DNA from: Octopus sinensis
Lineage: Eukaryota
NCBI RefSeq assembly: GCF_006345805.1
Contig: NC_043022.1
Coordinates: 17,112,001-17,176,000, forward strand
Reading direction: 5' to 3'
DNA length: 64,000 bases
Positions 1 to 64,000 of the stretch are shown in pieces. Numbering within the stretch: the stretch's first letter is position 1; every line of letters starts with the position of its first letter. Under the pieces are notes generated by a model. That model was not told the DNA's origin, did not search any database, and was given only the letters and a program-made list of their open reading frames with translations. The position numbers and the translations under genes are program-made.

Positions 1-600
1 AATGAAATTTCCTAGAAATACCTCTCAGAGTGTGTGGATTACGACATCGAAATTTGATATGAAAAGCATAATGGTGAGCACACATCCATACGTATTGACA
101 CAAGATTTTTTTCTCTCGAGATTTTAAGCTTCATTTTGTGTATATAGGTGATATATCATTATGAATGAATGCCAGCTAAGCAATTTTCATTTTTTTTTTT
201 TAATATTGAATTTCGATATAGTCGTAATTAAAACACACTGGAAGTATTTATAGGAAATTTCATTAAAAAATACCAATTTTTCTGGCAGTTATGAAAAAGC
301 AGAGGCGACTCGTGTGAATTTTCCGAAACGCCTCTCACCACCCTCGGAATAGATACCTTTCAGTGAGTTTTAATTACGATTATATCAAATTTACATCATT
401 TGAAGGGTATTTGTAGAAAGTTTCATGAAAAAATATCCATTTCTCTGGAAATTATGAAGAACCAAAATGGGGCTGGGATGGCACATTCGTCTCCTACAGA
501 TGTAGGAGACGAACACTACTCCTCCACATGATCGGCTTGAAAAATTGTTAAGATATTGAGATATTTAACTATTTTTCTCTACATGAAACCAATGGTAGCC
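1..600. repeat. Unclassified dispersed repeat with internal subrepeats
   Basis: AAAAATA.C.ATTT.TC...AGTTATGA motif occurs twice here and again at about 19160-19200. Confidence 0.4.
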
Positions 601-720
601 TTAATTCACAAAATAGAAATTCTATACATTTTCATCGTTCGACATTTACGTATATATATATATATATATAATATATATATATATATATTACATTTGAGTA
701 TGGTATGATAGTCCCTCAAA

Positions 721-906
721 ATGAATACTGTTGGGAAAATGGAGATAATACGGATGGACTCATCGCTAAAAGACATACCAATACCAACTAAGGACACTTA
801 TATTAAGGAGTTAATATTTAGGATTAATGAATTTATCCATAGAATTCGGTGGAAAATGTATTATATACTATATGTATGTATGTTACTATGGTTGTCGTTT
901 TCATAA
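721..906 (+). mobile_element. Penelope-like element ORF, N-terminal fragment
   Basis: SLKDIPIPTKDTYIKELIFRINEFIHRIRWK resembles the SLKNIP...Y...L...E.FI.RMRWK N-terminus recalled from invertebrate PLE ORFs; truncated. Confidence 0.6.
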
Positions 907-1051
907 ATAAATAAGTCAACATTTTAATATACTAAAGCTGATGAACCAACTAATGTGCTGCCCCATTTTCTTATTTGTAATATATATATATAATATATAT
1001 ATATTATATATATATATAAACTTTTATTAATCTTGTCTCCATCTTCTCTCT

Positions 1052-1094
<43 letters not shown>

Positions 1095-1221
1095 AAGGGT
1101 GGAAAGGAACACACGAGTTGATATATATGAAAAAACATTTTTGACTTGTTTTTTCATATATATATATATATATATATACTTACATATTAGACCAAAAGGG
1201 GTACGGACGTCGCTATATATA

Positions 1222-1602
<381 letters not shown>

Positions 1603-2103
1603 TCACACACATACACACAGACCAAGAGAGAAGATGGGGAAAAGAATAATAAAAGTTAACATTGACAAGTGCTTGCTTTGTGTCAGGCAATTCAACAAGT
1701 CGAATCTTGGATATTTTTATCCCTCCGAGGTTTATATCCTCACGCTGACATAGAACCAACGTTGAACCCTTTATTCGCAATATTAACGAATCTGGAACTT
1801 AACTATGGTCTGTCTATAGCACTCATTCAGCATTACCTGACACCTTCGGGTCTCAATGACACCATTATCTCTTATATATATATTTGTTTATGTATGTATA
1901 TATATTTGTCCCCCTAGCATTGCTTGACAACCGATGCTGGTGTGTTTATGTCCCCGTTACTTAGCGGTTCGGCAAAAGAGACCGATAGAATAAGTACTGG
2001 GCTTACAAAAGAATAAGTCCCGGGGTCGAGTTGCTCGATTAAAGGCGGTGCTCCAGCATGGCCGCAGTCAAATGACTGAAACAAGTAAAAGAATAAAAGA
2101 GTA

Positions 2104-2190
<87 letters not shown>

Positions 2191-2654
2191 ATATATATAT
2201 ATATATGTACGTACATACATACATACATACATACATACATACATACATACATACATACATGTGTGTGTGTGTGTATTATGTATGTATGCATTTATACAGG
2301 ATATGAATGAAGCGAGAGATAATTCTATGGAAGACGCTTGTCCTAAGATGCCGAGCTGAGTAGTCGAACCCTCAATGACAAAATTGCTAAGTGGAGTTGT
2401 TCACCAGACAGACATGCCTTCGTCGCCCCTATCTGTACCCGTATAAATACAAACTATCGATACAACGAAAGCCAAACTCTGCTGAAAGTAACAGTCAAGT
2501 GCCCGCGTGTTGGCACCCAGCCGCCTTATCGGTGTGCCGGATCAGCGCTGACCCGGGGCTAAACTACAGCAACCACAGGCGCACACACCAGTCGTTTAGA
2601 TAGACACAAGCAACTGCTTCACATTAGATATACATATCTAGCTGTTTGGTGTAG

Positions 2655-2700
2655 TGTTTACTTTACAAGTTATATATACACACAGTTGCCAGTGTGTATA
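2655..2700 (+). promoter_or_regulatory. Putative CYP core promoter (forkhead-like TGTTTAC and TATA-like TATATATA)
   Basis: TGTTTAC at 2655-2661 and TATATATA at 2671-2678, about 100 bp upstream of the ATG; position only, no transcript data. Confidence 0.3.
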
Positions 2701-2768
2701 TTTAAAACCATAAACGAAAGAGATTTTGCAAGACAAACCAAGCAAGGACGTAGAAAGAGAACCAAAGA

Positions 2769-29847
<27,079 letters not shown>

Positions 29848-29935
29848 AAAATGTTATTATTCCAGCAATTACTGCGATAAATTAATTATATTCAGCGGTG
29901 GTGGTCGTGGGGAGAAAGAAAGAGAGAAAACCGAA

Positions 29936-29967
29936 AATAAATTAAAGACACAAGTGTTACAAATAAA
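29936..29967 (+). terminator. Candidate CYP polyadenylation signals
   Basis: AATAAA at 29936 and 29962, 90-120 bp after the stop codon. Confidence 0.4.
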
Positions 29968-30243
29968 AAAAAAAGAAAAAGGAAAACAAAGAAGAAAACG
30001 TTAGATGACTCGTTAACGATATTAAACGAGGTGTTTGAAGGCCGGTCTTAATTTGTATAATATCACCAGAGTTCTTTTTTGTTGTTTTTTTTTTAATTTT
30101 TGGTTGTTTTTACTGGTTTCATTATATTGTCTTGTGGTGCTCCAGTATGGACACAGCCTCTGGCTGAAACAAATAGAAATAAAAGTAAATTCTGTTAATG
30201 TTATGTCACATGTTTACAACTTTTCTCAACATTATATAACCTT

Positions 30244-30282
<39 letters not shown>

Positions 30283-30534
30283 GTGTGTGTCGTCATCACC
30301 AACTTCTTCATTGGCGGCAGTGGTGGTGGTGGTGGTTGCTGCGGTGGTGGCGGTGGTGGTGTAAACTATCCAAATGCAGGTCGACTTTTCGAGGAATACA
30401 AAATAATCCAATGTTGAAATAATTCGGTCAAAGTTGGTCAATCTCTGAATCTTTTGATCCATTGTCAACACAAAATGGAGATAAATTGTTGCTTTAACTG
30501 GTTCTGTGGCTGGGAACTGTTTGGGCATGTTGCC

Positions 30535-31030
30535 TCTCTCTCTCTCTCCCTTTCTCTCTCTCTCTCTCCCTTCCTCTCTCTCTCTCTCCCTTTCTCTCTC
30601 TCTCTCTCCCTTTCTCTCTCTCTCTCTCATTTCTCTCTCTCTCTCTCTCTCTCCCTCTCCCCTTCACCTATTTTCTTTCTCTATCCATCCATCTATCTCA
30701 CTATATATTTATCTTTATATCTACTTATCCACCTCTTTATTTGTCTGTCTCTATCTCTCTCTCTCTCTCTCTTTCTCCCTCCAACTACTTTGCTTCTTTG
30801 TCTCTCTCTCTCTTTTACTCTCTCTCTCTCCCTGTCTATCTATCTCTCTCTATCTCCCCATCTCCCTCTTTCTTCTGTACATTACTATTTCTCTTCCTTT
30901 CTTTTAGGCATCTTTATCTCTCACTCTCCCCAATGTCTGTAGCCTTTTCTCTCATCTTTGTCTCCCTCTCCCTCCCCACTTTCTCTCTCTCTCTCTCTCT
31001 TCCAGCCTGCCTTTCTCACTTTCTCTTTCT
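30535..31030. repeat. (TC)n-rich low-complexity tract
   Basis: Direct reading of the sequence. Confidence 0.95.
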
Positions 31031-33909
31031 ACAATCACACTCCCTCTTTCACCTCTTACTCTTTCTATGTGTGTGTGTGTTTATGTATGGAGCACCTGTA
31101 TCAGACAAAAATGAGGAAACCTTATGAAGTGTCTCAACCTGCTAGAAATGACAGCCAAATATCTCACCTCAACCTACACAATGCCATTTTAAAAAGAATT
31201 GCCATTATCCAAGGCTGTGGTGTCTTGTAAACCAAAACAAGAGTTGACCAGGAAACTATTTTGTATTCTATTGCAACCACATACAAGTGACCAGGGGCTT
31301 TGTCCATTGACCTGATGATGTGTAGAAAAGAAGCATGAACTACATCAGCCCTCAATAGTTAACTGGTATTTTATTTTATCAAACCCCAAAAGAATAAAAA
31401 AACAATTTTGGATTTGATAAGAATTGAACTCAGAATATAAGAGAAATAACTGGACTTTTTTGCTACTGTTTTAGCAACTGTACCACTTGACCACTTGGCA
31501 AACAGTAATAATAATTACACGTAACAGTAAAGTGGTTGGAATCAGGAAGGTCATCCAGCTGTAGAAACCAAACCAAATCAGACTGGAACCTGGTACAGCT
31601 CCCTAGCTTGCCAGCTCTGGTCCAGCCGTCCAACCCATGCCAGCATGGAAAACAGATGCTAAATGATGATAATAATAATAATAATGAAATTAATTGTATA
31701 CAGTGCTCAGGTGCACCACAACTTGTCAGAAAGTGCATATAAAGTACATGCAGTAATGTAGAAATGTCTGGAAAGCGAACAATGTATGAGTCAGATACAT
31801 GCTTGTGTGTGTATGGAGGGGAGAAAATCAGGTGTAGTGTTGGCGAATCTCAGGAAGCATGGAAGTTTTGAAGGATGCAGTGCTCCGACAACTAACAACC
31901 GATGCCGGCAGTCTGTTCCATGCTTCAGCAACCCTCAGCGTGAAAAAATGTTTCCTGAAGTCATGGGAGCTGTGATCTGGTATATGTAACTGAGCCAATA
32001 ATTTAATTTTAAAAAAAGCTCTCTATGGACTACACTTAATGTATAAATAGTTGATAGGCCAGTCACTAAAGTTTTTGTCCTGAGATGACATTCCTTATCT
32101 TTTTGTTTCTTTCTGATATTTACTGAATTCTTAACACAGTAAGTCACAAGAGATGTTACCTTGGGACAGCACTAACGGGCCTATCAACTGTGTATATACA
32201 CTAAGTATGGTATTCAGATGTAGGAAGCTTGCTTCCCAACCACATGGTTCCAGGTTAGTGGTGATGGTCACTGGTCACTGCAATCCCCACTCCCCACTTC
32301 TTGCACCTTCTTGGCAACACCTGACCATGTATATTATGACCTTTGTACCTTGAGGCCATGCCCTGGGCAATTGCCACCATCTATATCTCTCTCTCTTCCT
32401 TACTCTACCATCCCATCCATGCTCTGATCCTTGTTACTTGTGACTATACCCTGGCACTTCACCACCACCACCACCACCACCTCTCTCCTGCTCTCTCTCT
32501 CTCTCACTCTCTCTCTCTCTCTCTTTCCCTTGCTCCTCCCTCTAGATGGGCAACCAATTATCTCCTTTACATCAGCACATCTGTTTCTGCCCTCTTTCCC
32601 TCTCTTTCTTCCTCTTGCTCTCTCTCTCTCTCTTCCTCACCCCCCTCTCTCTCTGGCCAGGTAACCATGGACCTCCTCCTCTACAGCAAGACAAACCTGT
32701 TTCTGCTTCTCTGTCACTCTTGTTTCTTTATTGCCCACAAGGGGCCAAACATAGAGGGGACAAACAAGGACAGACAAAGTGATCGAGTTGATTACATCGA
32801 CCCCAGCATGCAGCTGGTACCTAATTTATTGATCCTGAAAGGATGAAAGGCAAAGTCGACCTTGGTGGAATTTGAACTCAGAACATATAGACAGACAAAA
32901 TGCCGCTAAGCATTTCTCCCGGCGTGCCAACGTTTCTGCCACCTCGCCGCCTTCTCTCTTGCTCTGTCACACTCTGACCTTTCATCAATCGACACAAGTT
33001 CCCCTCCTCCAATGCCCCCTCCTCTCTCAAAGATTCCTTGTCCTGCAAGTTACTTGGTGGCCCTACAAGTGATGGTACCAGATAAAAAACACTCAGTCCA
33101 CACTGTAAAGTGGCTGGCATTTGGAAGGGCATCCAGCTGTAAAAGCTTTGCCCAAACTGACCTCGCCTGTGCTGGTGCTACATAAAATGCATCCAGTCCA
33201 CTCTGCAGAGCATTTGGTGTTAGGAAGGGCAACCAGCCGTAAAAACCTTGCCAAAACAGACACAGAAGTCTGGTGTATTCTTCTGCCAGGCCACCTCCTG
33301 TTAAACCATCCAACTCAAGCCAGCATGGAAGGAAGATGTTAAATGATGATGATTTTGAACAACCATGGAATGTGACTGGAACTTTATGTTATCAACAGTC
33401 GAGGGGCGAATGGCAAAGTTGACCTCAGCAGGATATGAACTCAGAACATTAAGAGCCAAAACAAATACAACATGGCATTCTTTGTGATATGCCCTGATGC
33501 AGTCCCAGGCAGCGGTTCCAATGGCTTCTGATCTTAACTGATTGGAAGTGTTATCATGTCCATTGTTTTGTCTTGGTATAAAAGACGGGCTACAACAAAT
33601 ATTCTGGGCTGCTCAACCAGAAGAAAATTCTAACTGGAGCCTCACCTGCACGGTCATTCGCTGTTTATCTTGATATAAGGTCACCCACCATGTAACGCAC
33701 ACATGGTTGTGAAGCATGTACCTAGTGTAGCCTTATGAGACAGGTAGTCATGATGGGTACACAGTGTCACTTTGATGGCATGCACTGCTCTCTCAGTCAA
33801 TAATAATAATAATCCTTTCTACTATAGGCACAAGGCCTGGAATTTGTGGGGAGGGGGATAGTCTATTACTTAACTTATCTGGTGCTTAATTTATCGACCC
33901 CAATGGAAT

Positions 33910-33951
<42 letters not shown>

Positions 33952-34479
33952 CAGCAGTAGCAGCAGTTTTTTTATTTCATTTATGGAGAAAAATTCTAAA
34001 CGTTGGTGTGAAGATTTAAGATTAAGGAATAAAATATTTAATCTTTCCAAAGCAAATATTTTTAGTTATTTATCACAGCAAATTCAGTCACTGTCCACAT
34101 ACTTAATCCTTTAATCCATTCAAGATTAGAGCTGGATTACATCCAGGCCATAGATCTGGGCCAAATCTCTACATAACTCTGAAACTATTGACTCTCAAGC
34201 ACAAAAGACCAATAAAAGGACTTTCAACTAATACCCTGGTCAACGAGGGATCAATCAGGGAACTTGGTGACACTGAGCAAGCACTTGTTCAAGGCCATGC
34301 TGGAGCTACACTGAACAGTTGATATATATATATTTATATGTATATATATATGAGTGTTTGTGTGTGTGTGTATATATATATATAATATATATATGTATAT
34401 ATATGTTATGTTTTATCTTTTATTGGTTTCAGCCAAAGGCTAGGGCCATGCTGGAGCACCACCTTTCGGTGTGTCTGGG

Positions 34480-34685
34480 TTTCCTTTCTGTACTGTTTTT
34501 AGTGAAGTAGTGAGTTGGTTGGAGCTGCTCTTTTTTGTGCCTCCTGCCACAATGTTGGTTCAATGGCATCTCAGATATAAACTTGGCCAGATGCTTTCTG
34601 AAGACTTCCACATCCCGCATCTCTTGCAAATGTTTGAGGTTGTTTGGCCGAATGTTGAACAGTTGTGGACTCCTGAAACTCAAGC
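34480..34685 (-). mobile_element. CR1/L2-like LINE 3' coding remnant
   Basis: SFRSPQLFNIRPNNLKHL...VEVFRKHLAKFISEMP resembles the RGP.LFN.LP..LR.....V..FK..LD.FL..VP C-terminus. Confidence 0.55.
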
Positions 34686-36216
34686 TTTATATACAATTCA
34701 TTTGACCACTAAATCCACAAGTTTTTTTTTCATTTTCTCTCTGTTTATTTTCTTTTATTCCTTTCTGTTGAAGAGCATAGGCTCGAAATGTAAAGACTTT
34801 CTCACTTTCCCAAGTGTCAAACTAATACACCTGTTTGTTGTTCATACACCTGTCCTCGTCTTTTGTTTTTCTGTTAATTTCAACCATACATACCTGTGAA
34901 ATGAAATTGGTTAGAAATTTTATTAATAATAAGACCATTATAAAAATTGAGACTAAATAACATAGATATTATTATCTATTCAATTATCAGGTTTTGAATA
35001 TTAATTAAGGGGATTTAGAAGAACTTTTTATGAGAACATTCCTAGCAAAAAAAATTATTAATAAGCACACATATCAAAAGCCTTTCAAATATTTAAAAAT
35101 ACAATGGAAGGGAGGTAACCAAGATGAAAGTTCTTAGAATTAGGTTTTATTAAAATTTAGTATCCAAGAATGAAGTATTGTTTATATGGGACAATAATTT
35201 AGGCCAGTTAGGGGTAATATTTAAGTTAGCAAATTGAAAAATAAAATTAATTTAGACTATAGTGGATAAGGGGTAGACTAGATTTGTATTCCAAAAACTT
35301 ATAATAGGATATCCCTAGTTTATTTATAATAGGTGAGGTAAGCTGTTATAAGAAAATATTTAATAATTACAATGCCATTCTTTAAAGTATTTAATGGTAC
35401 GGGTGGCAAAGTGTATGCAAGGGAATGATATATCCTTCCAAACTCTTATATTGATCCACATATACACGCATACATGCTGTACACTACCAACACATGACAC
35501 CTAATGGTTGTTTTGAACTCGTTGACAACTCATTTCTTTGGTTCCTAACCAGTCCTGGCATCCTATTTGTTGGTGAGCCTAGGTTCTATTGAACCCTGTA
35601 AATAGTCTGTCTCTCTGTGATAGGCTTCTTTCAGTTTCCATCTACCAAATCCACTCATAAGGCTTTGGTTGACCTGAGGCTTTAGTAGAAGACACTTGCC
35701 CGAGATGCCACACAGTGGGACTGAACCTGGAACCATGTGGTTGGGAAGCAAGCTTCTTACCTCACAGCCACACCTGTATGTATTTTGTCCAACTTGCAAA
35801 CACCTTAACAACAATAACAACAACAACACTAATGATAAAACCAATTCGTTAGTTGTGTAAACATTCATTTAATCTCAATTTGAATCCAAAGATTAGAAAT
35901 GACCAACAATAAAATAAAAAAAGAAAATAAATATAAATATGATTAGAAATAGATTAATGTAAAATAAATAAAACAACAAAACATGAAGGCCTTCCTAGTT
36001 TGACCATCACCCCTTACACCAATCCCTCTTGATCTGACACTGTGTACATGGCACTATCAACAACATCAACATCATCATCATCGTCATTGCCATTATATTT
36101 CTGAATGGCTTTGTCATTAAGTTATTTTTTGTCAATATACTTCACCCCTACACATACACACAGCTACACCCCACACCCATGTATACATACAAACACACAA
36201 TCAAACATCGTCTCGT

Positions 36217-36261
<45 letters not shown>

Positions 36262-36539
36262 ACCACCGGGTACATATTTGTGTTGCTGTGATAATTCTTC
36301 TTCCTGTTGATTAATTCAGTAACAAAACACAACCAAACAACTTTGAAGTGTTTCTGCAGAAGAAACCAAAAAATCCTCAGATCTTTCTGCCATTTCTTGG
36401 GCCACAGTTGACACTTAATTCGTCTCAAGAGGCACCAATTCCTTGTTTCAGATGTAACTCCTTTCTTTAGGGACGAATTATCTGTCTGCAAACCATTCAA
36501 AGGTGACGTCTCATTCTTTCAGGAATTACCATTATCATT

Positions 36540-36561
36540 ATTATTATTATTATTATTATTA

Positions 36562-36602
<41 letters not shown>

Positions 36603-36990
36603 GTTTCACTTTTGCTACAAGTTGACTCCAAGTCTCACCCAGGGACCTCAAGAGACAACAACTTAGAAGTTCATGTTGGTCTTATGCCTAGGGTGTCATA
36701 TATTTGGTTTTGCACAAAGTATTGTTCTAGAGAATGTTTAAGAAAACAGAAAATTATGAGTTTGTTTTAAGATTTGAGATTACATAAACAGTATTTTATG
36801 TAGGATATGGGCAGTTCCCATGAGCACAATCTTTTGAATTTCTGCCATGTTGGGGTTTCCTGGTATCTGAACTAGGTAGGAATCAGCCCCTTTTGCTATC
36901 GTTCCTAGGGCACCTATGGCAACCAGTATTATTTTACTCTTGAGGTTCCACATTTTGCCAATTTTTATTTCAAGATCTTTATACTTGCTT
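36540..36990 (-). mobile_element. R4/Dong-like LINE 3' fragment with (TAA)n tail
   Basis: KYKDLE.KIGKMWNLKS...AIGALGTI...IPGNP...IQKIVLMGTAHILH then a TAA-repeat tail. Confidence 0.8.
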
Positions 36991-37019
36991 TATTATTATT
37001 ATTGTTATTTTTTTTTATT

Positions 37020-37390
37020 GATTTGCATTTTATTACTTCTTCCGACTGGGTCTGAACCTGAGATCTAAGGCATGTATATAATATTAAATGGAGAGAAACT
37101 TCCTGGAAGTGTGGACTCTTGATATCAACACAATTTTTTGAGTCTCATAGATTGTTGGTTTCCCAGGGACCTGGTCAAAAAATTCGTCAGTACTTTTCTT
37201 GATCCTTCTCTGGGCACCTACAACAACAGAGATGGTTTTTAATTGCCATATCTCAATCTCAAGGTCCTTATATTTTGACAGTTTCTCAAATTCCTTTGTT
37301 GAGACGTTTCTATCAGTAGATACTGTCATATCAATAAACAGGCATGTTTTTTGTCTTAGGTCTTTGATGACGATGTCTGGTCGGTTATCA
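37020..37390 (-). mobile_element. R4/Dong-like LINE restriction-like endonuclease fragment
   Basis: RPDIVIKD...CLLIDMTVSTDRNVSTKEFEKLSKYKDLEIEI..LKT..VVVGA...QKIVL. Confidence 0.85.
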
Positions 37391-37583
37391 TTTATTATTA
37401 TTATTGTTGTTTGTTGTTGTTGTTGTTGTTGCTTTTCTTTGGATTGTTATATTGGAGTGCTTGAAACTTAATGTCTTGATGAATTTTTTGTGTGTTTTGT
37501 ATTCCCAAGATAAAGGAACTTGACCTATGATAATCTCTCATCCATTTTATTTTTGTTATATATACATATATATATATATACAC

Positions 37584-37618
<35 letters not shown>

Positions 37619-37906
37619 CATGGATATTTCTTTCATCTTCCTAAAGGGCAACACATTGATAATGTTACTTTTACACACATTTAAATACAAGTCAAAAGTC
37701 AATAATCTAAAATCAATCAATGATCACACACACACACACACACACACGCACACACGCACACACGCACACACACACACGCACACACACTTGTAATGTTAAA
37801 GAAAAGAAAAAAGAAAACAAAAAATGCCATGCAAAAAAAAAACTCAAATTTATTTTTAATTTTTGGTTTTGTTTCCTCCCAAAGAAATATTTGAAGAATT
37901 CTAAGA

Positions 37907-63305
<25,399 letters not shown>

Positions 63306-63329
63306 GTAAATATCAGCATCTCACAGGAG

Positions 63330-63650
63330 AGAGGGGGGAAGGGAGAGAGGGAGGGAGGCAGAGGGAGAGTGAAAGATGGAAACAGAGAGGGGGGAGAGAC
63401 ATAGAAGAGAGAGGAGGAGGGAGGGAGAGAGAAAGATGGGAATAGAGAGGGAGAGAGAGACATAGAAGAGAGAGGAGGGAGGGGGGGAGGGAGGGAGAGA
63501 GAAATATGGGAATAGAGAGAGAGAGACATAGAAGAGAGAGAGGGGGAGGGAGGGAGAGAGAAAGATGGGAATAGAGAGGGAGAGAGAGATATAGAAGAGG
63601 GGGAGGGGAGAGAGAAAGATGGGAATAGAGAAAGAGAGAGAGTGTGAGAG
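63330..63650. repeat. GA-rich degenerate tandem repeat (about 40-45 bp unit)
   Basis: GAGAGAAAGATGGGAATAGAGAGGGAGAGAGAGACATAGAAGAGAG recurs several times. Confidence 0.85.
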
Positions 63651-63891
63651 GACACTTTGTGAATGTAACTGGGAAGGAGAAGGATGATGAAGAAGAGGAG
63701 GAAAAAGGTAGGAATGGTAGGGGAGGGGGAGGAGGAGGATGAGCGGAAGCTGTAAGTGAGGCATCTATAAGCGGTTGGGTGTTAGTGGGAGGAAACTGGT
63801 AGAAAAATTGGTTTCCTTCAAATAAATTGGTTTTCCACTTTCTTTATCTCTAACGTTCCATCACACTTTCTCTCTGTCTTTCTCTTTCAAA

Positions 63892-63924
<33 letters not shown>

Positions 63925-64000
63925 CCATGGTGGTTGTCTATTCCTTGTGCAAAGTCCTGACCACCTCTTCTACCTACACCTAAGATCCACCATGGCATCT

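Noticed and set aside
34761-34795. Hammerhead-like CTGTTGAAGAGC-ATAG-GCTCGAAA
   Set aside because: The core does not fit CUGANGA in register with helix II and helix III is broken; at most a relic.
34900-35460. Possible mitochondrial insertion (NUMT)
   Set aside because: No sustained frame under the invertebrate mitochondrial code; a minus-strand VFLNI*KAFD segment suggests a decayed reverse transcriptase instead, too degraded to annotate.

Overview
Repeat-rich, AT-rich animal genomic DNA. The SINE families and dense (TA)n/(CA)n/(TATG)n microsatellites point to an octopus or related coleoid cephalopod (inferred from repeat content, not checked by search). Two spliced + strand genes were reconstructed by hand from GT-AG boundaries and exon phases. 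(1) A complete 14-exon clan-3 (CYP3A-like) cytochrome P450 at 2769-29847, 1518 nt CDS, 505 aa, with an atypical I-helix AAYENT in place of AGYETT. (2) A large secreted protein gene from 37907 that runs off the right edge (at least 18-19 exons, about 1300 aa so far). It has a signal peptide, a beta-rich N-terminal region, two tandem divergent Hedgehog-N ('Hedge')-like domains each with a 4-Cys insertion, a peptidase-M15A-like domain and a Cys-rich tail. None of the three Hedge/M15-fold domains keeps a canonical zinc triad, and no Hog/Hint domain is seen in the window. This gene is the best candidate for an undescribed system; two junctions in its N-terminal half are not cleanly resolved. Introns and intergenic DNA hold tRNA/CORE SINEs; RTE, R4/Dong, CR1-like and Penelope-like retroelement fragments (with minimal hammerhead ribozyme motifs and long fold-back hairpins); mariner remnants; a piggyBac-type MITE; and a Helitron helicase remnant interrupted by a Merlin-like MITE. 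Most ORFs in the supplied track are microsatellite artefacts.
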